A stretch of DNA of 64,000 bases. Origin: Eledone cirrhosa (taxonomy: Eukaryota). How positions within the stretch are numbered: the stretch's first letter is position 1; every line of letters starts with the position of its first letter. This document shows, in pieces, positions 56,835 through 64,000 of the stretch. A model generated the notes under the pieces. It was given only the letters and a program-made list of their open reading frames with translations. It ran no database searches and had not been told where the DNA came from. Position numbers and translations under genes: made by a program. The stretch is taken from positions 2,170,001 to 2,234,000 of the forward strand of contig OZ024746.1 in the NCBI GenBank assembly GCA_964016885.1, in the 5' to 3' direction.

Positions 56835-57632
56835 CCAAGGTAGGTTCATCTTTCCATTCCTTGTTCACTAACCAAAGTAGGTTCATCCTTCCATTCCTTG
56901 ATCACCAGTCAAGGTAGGTTCATCTTTCCATTCCTTGTTCACTAACCAAAGTAGGTTCATCCTTCCATTCCTTGATCACCAGTCAAGGTAGGTTCATCCT
57001 TCCATTCCTTGTTCACTAACCAAAGTAGGTTCATCCTTCCATTCCTTGTTCACTAACCAAAGTAGGTTCATCCTTCCATTCCTTGATCACCAGTCAAGGT
57101 AGGTTCATCCTTCCATTCCTTGATCACCAGTCAAAGTAGGTTCATCCTTCCATTCCTTGATCACCAGTCAAGGTAGGTTCATCCTTCCATTCCTTGATCA
57201 CCAGTCAAGGTAGGTTCATCCTTCCATTCCTTGATCACCAGTCAAGGTAGGTTCATCCTTCCATTCCTTGATCACCAGTCAAGGTAGGTTCATCCTTCCA
57301 TTCCTTGATCACCAGTCAAGGTAGGTTCATCCTTCCATTCCTTGTTCACTAACCAAAGTAGGTTCATCTTTCCATTCCTTGTTCACTAACCAAAGTAGGT
57401 TCATCCTTCCATTCCTTGTTCACTAACCAAAGTAGGTTCATCCTTCCATTCCTTGATCACCAGTCAAGGTAGGTTCATCCTTCCATTCCTTGATCACCAG
57501 TCAAGGTAGGTTCATCCTTCCATTCCTTGATCACCAGTCAAGGTAGGTTCATCCTTCCATTCCTTGATCACCAGTCAAGGTAGGTTCATCCTTCCATTCC
57601 TTGATCACCAGTCAATCCAGGTTCATCCTTCC
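56835..57632. repeat. 37-bp minisatellite, about 21 copies, two variants
   Basis: Units tcaaggtaggttcatccttccattccttgatcaccag and ccaaagtaggttcatccttccattccttgttcactaa; no spacers. Confidence 0.97.
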
Positions 57633-57895
57633 TACCTTACACTAACTATTTTCCCTCCCTTTTCTCTCACTTAGACTCTTCCTCCCATTGCATAACATAT
57701 GTACTATCATATTAATATTATGATATTTCTGAAGTACTTTCAGTAAATCATACTAATTTAGTTTCATGTGGCATGACCAAAAGGCTAGGAAGTCTGCTTC
57801 ACTATCAAGATTCCCTCCCAGTACATGGATCTTGAACAAATGTTTTACAATAGCCTTGTGTTTCTAAGTGAAATTTGGTAGAAACTGTGTAAAAA

Positions 57896-58508
57896 TCTTT
57901 TTGGCTGGAATGTACTCGTATTATTGACACCGTAAAACTCACGTCTGTGCTACTTCTACTAAGACCCCTTTTGTTGCATCTATACCGCAGTATGAATGCC
58001 CTGCGCAAGTACGCCGAACAGCGGTTGTGCTAATTCCACGGTGACCCCTTTTGTTGCACCTTTGTTGCTGTGTAAATGCAGTGCCGCCAGTGCCGCCCAG
58101 CCTTTGTGCTAATTACACTATGACCCCCTCCTTTTGCAGCTGCGTTACCATTATTTCATCATCTCAATATCCCTACTGAAACGTACATCCCTACTTGGTT
58201 TTCACACAATTGACTACGTCGCTACTTCAGACTGACCCATCCGTGACGTAATTTGTGAACAGACTTACGACATACATCGCCCCACAACACTTACTTACTC
58301 CTTTCGAATACAGGATTTCCACAATCAGCCCACTGACATTGCTACTACTGGATTCAGCCTGCTTATGTTCTACGTTTCCAGTAGATGAACAATCATTCAC
58401 TGAGAATAAGGGAATTCAAAATGTACACAGCTACATTCCTCAATCTTTGCATATGCATGTTGCTATTTCACTTTTCTTACCCTGTGCAACGCCGGGTCCT
58501 GCTGCTAG
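57896..58508 (+). mobile_element. Non-autonomous Helitron-like element
   Basis: 3' hairpin accctgtgcaacgccgggt followed by CTAG then T; candidate A|TC 5' end; CpG-rich; internal ~80-bp subrepeats starting gacccc. Confidence 0.6.
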
Positions 58509-59017
58509 TTCATATATAAAGTTATGATGGAAAATTTTCAAATGAATCAGGTGGTTCGGTAATGAAAGAGTTTGTTGAGAGAGAAAATTGACTTCTACAT
58601 TCACATAATTTGATACTTTATATTCTGATTAGAAATTAAACAAATGTAAGGGTGACATGTAGATGTTATTTTTGTTGCTTGTTTAACCTCAGCTCAGTCC
58701 TTATTTAGCCGACCTATGATTAAAGACATTCCAGCAGCGACCTTTGCATTTTTGTATGTCTAGGACTACATTGTCCAACATGTCTAATTTTTAGGCTGCT
58801 ATTTCTTGCAGGCTGAGCAACCACTTATAAGTTTATTAGTTTACTTATCCTCTATATGTTTATTTCACTCAGAGATTTGGTCTATTTGGGAATAAAAAAT
58901 ATTTTCCTCACCATTTTATATTTTGAAAAGTAATATAAAGTTGTTTATTATAACATATATATGACATTATTGTTTTCTATTGAAGTTAGTTTTACAGGAA
59001 GAAACAGCAGACTGGGA

Positions 59018-59237
59018 TTAATCCTTTCATTACCATATTTCTAATGAAAGACACTACCTATAATTTTCAAATCATATTGAAAATAGTCAAGAATTTGAAA
59101 GGATTTAGTAATATAATCAACTTTCCCATTATTAAGTATGATGGATGGTTTTTAAGTAAATATATACGTTTAAAATCAGTAGTTTTGTATCATAGAACCA
59201 GTGGCAGTTTGAGGCAAGCTGGTATCAAAAGGGTTAC
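59018..59237 (+). mobile_element. Family B MITE (unexpanded reference copy)
   Basis: ttaatcctttcattaccatatttctaatgaaagacactacct ... gttttgtatcatagaaccagtggcagtttg..ggtatcaaaagggttac. Confidence 0.8.
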
Positions 59238-59537
59238 CTTACAATATTCAGTTATACTCTGAAACACTCGCTTGAGGGGAGGTTCTTCTCTGAAGACCTG
59301 TTGTCCAGCTCTCCTGAGAGTTTCTTTCCACTTCCTTACCACTAAATTAACCTTTTTATAGAATTGAATTTTCTTTTTATCTCTCCAGGGTCAATGAAAC
59401 AAATACTATTCAAATACCAAAGTAGATTAATACTGTTAATTCTATTATATTTCTACCTAATATATACTGGGTTTTGTGTTAGTGTCAAAAATCATTATTT
59501 TACAGCTTCTTAAAGAAATGGAGTAAAAAAACTTGCA

Positions 59538-59567
59538 ATGGATAAACGACATTTCTATAAAGACAAG
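59538..59567 (+). CDS. Ankyrin-like repeat protein, first coding exon (MDKRHFYKDK)
   Basis: Acceptor tttacag at 59505, in-frame upstream TAA, ATG 59538, donor AAG|GTATGT, phase 0. Confidence 0.55.
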
Positions 59568-59996
59568 GTATGTATATTTATATTTCATGTTTTTATTCAC
59601 AGCTTTTGTTTATGCTGTGTCCTTCTAAATCTCCAGATAACTTCCTCCCTTATTCCTACCAATGATGGAGATCCTGAAAAAAGGTCTCAGTTAAGGAATG
59701 CTCTTACCCCCTCTAAGTCATGTAAAAACCAAACCTCACAATGTTTGAGAACTTTATCTGACTCTCCCAATATTGAAAAAATGAACACTTGTTAAAATTA
59801 AATAATAATAATGAAATTATTGTGTACAGTGCTCAGGTGCACTACAACAATATTGTTAATAATCTTCGTTTTTCTAAAGGAATGTTACGTTGAGTTTTTA
59901 GCATGAAAAACAACATTTTTTTCTCATTATTCTATGAATTCTAATACACCCGTGCTCCATAACTTTGTTTAAATATATAACATTTTTCATCTTCAG

Positions 59997-60089
59997 CTAG
60001 CTTCTCAAGATGGTAACGTACAAAATAAGGATGAAGTTGAAGAAAACCTGAAACATGAACAGCAAGAAGCTTTGAAAAAATGGAAGAAA
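59997..60089 (+). CDS. Ankyrin-like repeat protein, coding exon 2
   Basis: tttttcatcttcag acceptor, GTAATG donor, 93 nt phase 0-0: LASQDGNVQNKDEVEENLKHEQQEALKKWKK. Confidence 0.7.
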
Positions 60090-60235
60090 GTAATGTAATA
60101 AATTACTTTGTAATAAAATATTTGTGTATTGTCAAGGATGTGGACAACTTGTGAAGATAGTTCCAATAAAACCAAAACTTGAGTTAGGCTAATCATCCTT
60201 TACAATCTATGATGAAATACACAAGACCCATTTAT

Positions 60236-60480
60236 ACATCATCATCATTGTTGTTATGTCCGTTTTCCACACTAGCATGGGTTAGATGAGTTGACCTGTT
60301 GTGAGACAAGCCATGTCAGATGACCGTGTCTTGCTTGTACAGAACTGATTCTGGCTTGGTTTCTACAGCTGGATGCCCTTCCTAACACCAATCACATTGA
60401 CAGTGAGTACTGGGTGCTTTTTGTCATGACACCTACACGACCACCATACAGTGTGGACTGGGTGCTTTTTGTTGTATTGT
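60236..60480 (-). mobile_element. RTE LINE 3' UTR fragment
   Basis: Matches 5570-5780; (CAT)n tail. Confidence 0.8.
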
Positions 60481-60654
60481 TATTTTAAAAAAAAATGCAG
60501 ACTTTATATATATAAGGGGCATGATAATATTTCAAGTGGTGAGGCCCTGATGGGTAGGGAGGCTGTAGCTGTAGCTATTTCTCTGATATGTGTATGTATT
60601 GTATCTAGTTCAGCTAAAGGAGACTAATTTGTTATATTTCCATTGGAGGATGAT

Positions 60655-60772
60655 GTTCATCATCATCATCATCATAACAATCTACCACCGCTGCCGCCAC
60701 CACCGTGACCACCACCGCCACCACCGTGATCACCACCACACCGCCGCCACCACCACCACCACCACCACCACA
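60655..60772. repeat. (CAT)n/(CAC)n trinucleotide tract, intronic
   Basis: Visible. Confidence 0.9.
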
Positions 60773-60816
60773 TTTTATTAAATTGCTATTAATGAAACTT
60801 TATACTTGAATTTCAG

Positions 60817-60903
60817 GAAATAATTACCATTGTTTGTGATGGAAACATTGATGGGTTGGAAAATATAATGGATGAACGAGAGTTTGATATCAATATTACC
60901 TGG
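60817..60903 (+). CDS. Ankyrin-like repeat protein, coding exon 3
   Basis: tttcag acceptor, GTTAGT donor, 87 nt phase 0-0: EIITIVCDGNIDGLENIMDEREFDINITW (ankyrin-like G-N..L..I....DIN). Confidence 0.75.
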
Positions 60904-60997
60904 GTTAGTGTTCAATGGTGATTGATTTTTAAGATTATCTAACATTTGATATATGTGTAGTCATTGTATAATACTTGTTCACCAGTACAAACATTGC

Positions 60998-61231
60998 TAC
61001 CACCACCACCACCACCACAACCAGCAGCACCACCACAACCACCAGCACCACCACACCACCACAACTATCACCACTACCACAACCAGCAGCACCACCACCA
61101 CAACAACCATCACAGCCAGCAGCAGCACCACCACAACCAGCCCCCCCCCCCCCCCCCCCAGCACTACCACTACCACCACCACCAGCACCAGCACCACCAC
61201 CACTACCATCAGCACTACCACCACCACCATT
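60998..61231. repeat. (CAC/CAG/CAA)n tract with poly-C, intronic
   Basis: Visible. Confidence 0.9.
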
Positions 61232-61311
61232 ATCAGAGTGTTCTGATAGCTTGAAGTATAGAGTTTATTTTAAGAGAGAGTTATATTTGATTGATCTATA
61301 CTCTATCAATA

Positions 61312-61590
61312 GAGGTGTGTGGCCTAGTGGTAAGGGTGTTAGTGGAGGTGTGTGGCCTAGTGGTAAGGGTGTTAGTGGAGGTGTGTGGCCTAGTGGTAAG
61401 GGTGTTGAACTGACGATCATAATGGCATGGGTTCGAATTCCTTGTGTGTTGTGTTCTTGAGAAAAACACTTCATTTCACATTGCCCCAGTATACTCAACT
61501 GGAAATGAGTACCAGCAATAGCTGGGAGTTTAACCTTGCGATGGACTGGTGTCCTGTCCAGGAAAGTGGGGGAGGGGTTACACTCTCTGT
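61312..61590 (+). mobile_element. SINE family B with triplicated 33-bp head
   Basis: Three gaggtgtgtggcctagtggtaagggtgtt units at 61312, 61345 and 61378; box B ggttcgaattcc at 61430. Confidence 0.85.
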
Positions 61591-61812
61591 CTGTGTTGTT
61601 TGTCTCATAACTTATTAGTTCAACAAAAAAGTAAGTACAGGTGTAAATATGATTGACTACATCTTTTCAAGGTGGTGCCCGAGCATGGTTACAGCCTGAA
61701 ACCAGTAAAAGAATAAAAGAATGACAATTGATTTTGATGAAGAGACTACAATATATTAATTTATTTGTTAGAATATAAGTATATTTTAAAATATACATAT
61801 AATGAATTTATT

Positions 61813-61993
61813 ATATTGTACAGTAGAATAACATAACAAATATGTTTTAAATATATACATAAATAACATTACAAATGCTTAGATAACATTAAAAGAATAT
61901 ATCCTTCTGGAAGAATCGCGAGCGATTTATAATTTGTAATGTTACTTATGTATATATTTAAAATATATTTGTTGTTATTCTACTGTACAGTAT
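61813..61993. repeat. ~62-bp inverted repeat with ~55-bp spacer (possibly a Tigger-like MITE)
   Basis: Arms 61813-61876 and 61932-61993 are near-perfect reverse complements containing TACAGTAG. Confidence 0.85.
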
Positions 61994-62009
61994 ATTTTTA
62001 TAATTTCAG

Positions 62010-62114
62010 TTTCAAGAAAATTTGTTAATGCAAGCTATCCGGACAGAACAAGTGGCAATGGCAGAGTTTCTTATAGATAATGGAATCAATTACAACTTCT
62101 CAAAAATGGTCCTG
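62010..62114 (+). CDS. Ankyrin-like repeat protein, coding exon 4
   Basis: tttcag acceptor, GTTAGT donor, 105 nt phase 0-0: FQENLLMQAIRTEQVAMAEFLIDNGINYNFSKMVL fits the ankyrin consensus (L..A........LL..G...N). Confidence 0.8.
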
Positions 62115-62428
62115 GTTAGTTAGTTTTTTTTTTATTGTATAATGTTATCATTAAGAATATTTTTTTATTTTAAATATTTGATGAAAGAAATAAGATAAAT
62201 TGAAATCATTTTGTAGAAACTGTCCTTTAGGCAGAACTTTAAGGAATATTAAATAATGATGCCAATAGAACTTGTCCAGTAAAAAGATTGAACAAATGCC
62301 ATGTATACAGTTAAATGTAGTTAAAATCTTACATATAAACGAAACTTCATTGTTTTTCTTAACACACACACAACAGAAGAACATTTATTTGCCTATATTT
62401 AACAGGTTATTGCTTGCCTTTATTTCAG

Positions 62429-63055
62429 GATTACAACGAAAACTCAAGTTTTATTGACTGTTATACAATAAACTGTCGCCAGTTAGCATATGAACATAAT
62501 CTTTTCCAAATAGTCGAACTGATTGACGAGAAAAATGAAGAAATATTTGACTTCATCAATGTATATAATAGGTCTCCTCGTACTCATACGCCCAAAACGG
62601 GAATAAGAAAAAAAAGTCCCGAATTGAAAACTCCAGAAACCTGTGAAAAATCGGAGAAAACCCCGAAGAAAGCACCCATTAAGATACGAAAAGATATCAG
62701 CAACATTTGGACTGAGAATTACAAATTTCGTTATCACTCTTTACCATCGACTTTTACTTTGAGTTTAAAGGGAAATAACTCCGAGATATTATTTATCCAA
62801 GGGAAATGTAAATATGGACATGTAATGGGGGAACGTTGTCTTTCAGAAGAAGATATCAGTAACATTCCATTTCTTCTGGTGAAAATCAAACCCAAGAAAT
62901 ATAAAAATTGTATTTTCTTACTTTCAAAACAATATACCTGCCCGAAAATCAAGAATAATAATTGGTTCAATAAAAAACCATACACTCCCAGTTACTCTGA
63001 AGAATTTAATAAGCAAAATAGATCCAGAAGTTTTTCTCCTTGGATGAAAGGATGA
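62429..63055 (+). CDS. Ankyrin-like repeat protein, terminal coding exon
   Basis: tttatttcag acceptor; 208 codons; RQLAYEHNLFQIVELID capping-helix-like segment, then a Lys-rich region with SP/TP motifs. Confidence 0.75.
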   Translation, partial: DYNENSSFIDCYTINCRQLAYEHNLFQIVELIDEKNEEIFDFINVYNRSPRTHTPKTGIRKKSPELKTPETCEKSEKTPKKAPIKIRKDISNIWTENYKFRYHSLPSTFTLSLKGNNSEILFIQGKCKYGHVMGERCLSEEDISNIPFLLVKIKPKKYKNCIFLLSKQYTCPKIKNNNWFNKKPYTPSYSEEFNKQNRSRSFSPWMKG

Positions 63056-63457
63056 TGAACTTTCATAACAATTAATCTCTTCCTTTCAGCTAAAGTCCAC
63101 TGAAGATCGACGTATCCAACTTCCTTGGCGTCGTTGTGTGACACGAAGGTACGGAAATAGCAGCAAGCACTAAACACACACAATGCGTTTATAATATTTT
63201 GTATATAATCCTACATAAGCACAGAAAAACAATGAACTGTGTGTAAAAGAAAAAAAAAAAAGGTCTCTTCGCAAGGGTCTAACAAATCTTTTAACATCCT
63301 ATACCACATTAGCAAGTCACTCTTGAAAAGGACAAAACAGCACTATGACTGCATCACATTTAAAATTAAAGTATATCTTTTAATTTATACTTCTTATTTC
63401 CATAATGTTGTCCACTAGTAAGGATACTACAAATATTTAAATTAACAAACCTGTTAT

Positions 63458-63666
63458 TAGATTCGGCAGAGGGCCGGACGCCATGCTTTGCAGCATAGAG
63501 TTACGGCCCTTTATGATCTGAGTTCAAATCCCGCCGAGGTTAACTTTGCCATTCATCTTTACAGGGTCGATAAAATAAAGTACCAGCCACGCACTAGGGT
63601 CGATATAATCGACTTAACCCTCCTCCAAAATTGCTGGCCTTGTGCCTATATAAGAAACCATTATTA
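63458..63666 (+). mobile_element. SINE family A
   Basis: Homologous to 55962-56157. Confidence 0.85.
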
Positions 63667-63719
63667 CTAAATTTGATTCCTTACATTACTAATATATAAT
63701 AAAATGTAGTTTGCTTGAA

Positions 63720-64000
63720 TCATCATCATCATCATTTTACGTCCGCTCTTCCCTGCTTGCAAGGGTGGGACGGGTCTTATTCAGCACAGCATCCCTCCAC
63801 TTGTCACGGTCCTTCGTCATCTCCACCGTGAGCTTCAGTGATCTGAGGTCTGTTCTCACCAACTCCGCCCATGTTTTTCGTGGTCTACCTCTACCTCTTC
63901 TTTCAACTGGCATTTCCTGGCACTTCTTCACACATCGGTCATCCTCCATGCGCATCACATGTCCATACCACCTCAGTCTCCTCTCCCGTACACTACATTC
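63720..64000 (-). mobile_element. RTE LINE 3' end, runs off the window
   Basis: RRLRWYGHVMRMEDDRCVKKC..RGRPRKTW; (CAT)n tail; CpGs retained. Confidence 0.9.

Noticed and set aside
56835-57632. CRISPR array or coding repeat
   Set aside because: No spacers; the 37-bp unit is not a multiple of three
59260-59345. Minus-strand exon candidate (GKEVERKLSGELDNRSSEKNLPSSECFR)
   Set aside because: Weak splice sites, squeezed between a MITE and a SINE relic, no recognisable homology; not fully excluded
60953-61460. Poly-Pro, poly-His and poly-Thr ORFs (formin- or mucin-like)
   Set aside because: Trinucleotide microsatellite open in all frames, lying in an intron and running into a SINE

Overview
AT-rich, repeat-dense eukaryotic genomic DNA. 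The RTE-LINE/SINE repertoire and very long (TA)n tracts suggest an octopus-like cephalopod, but this is inferred and not verified. Protein-coding content: (1) the last three coding exons of an RSBN1/RSBN1L orthologue (+, 25872-29469) with a ~745-aa Ser/Lys/His-rich C-terminal extension; (2) an apparently complete five-exon gene for a ~313-aa protein with degenerate ankyrin-like repeats (+, 59538-63055), mostly missed by the ORF track; (3) a probable terminal exon of an unidentified minus-strand gene (54277-54500), which would place the ankyrin gene antisense inside one of its introns. The rest is decayed RTE and CR1 LINEs, tRNA-derived SINEs, mariner remnants, two TTAA-flanked (piggyBac-like) MITE families, a Gypsy integrase relic, a Helitron-like element and tandem repeats. 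The clearest unusual structure is a 6.2-kb 36/38-bp satellite with a 1622-bp higher-order duplication that grew from the first ~36 bp of a single MITE and is still enclosed by that MITE's ends. Other notable items are a 5'-inverted CR1 element, an inversion within a minisatellite, a 4-kb TA array possibly in the RSBN1 3' UTR, and a long intronic hairpin next to an acceptor site. No CRISPR array, rRNA or real tRNA gene was seen. All family assignments come from reading motifs by eye; no database searches were run.
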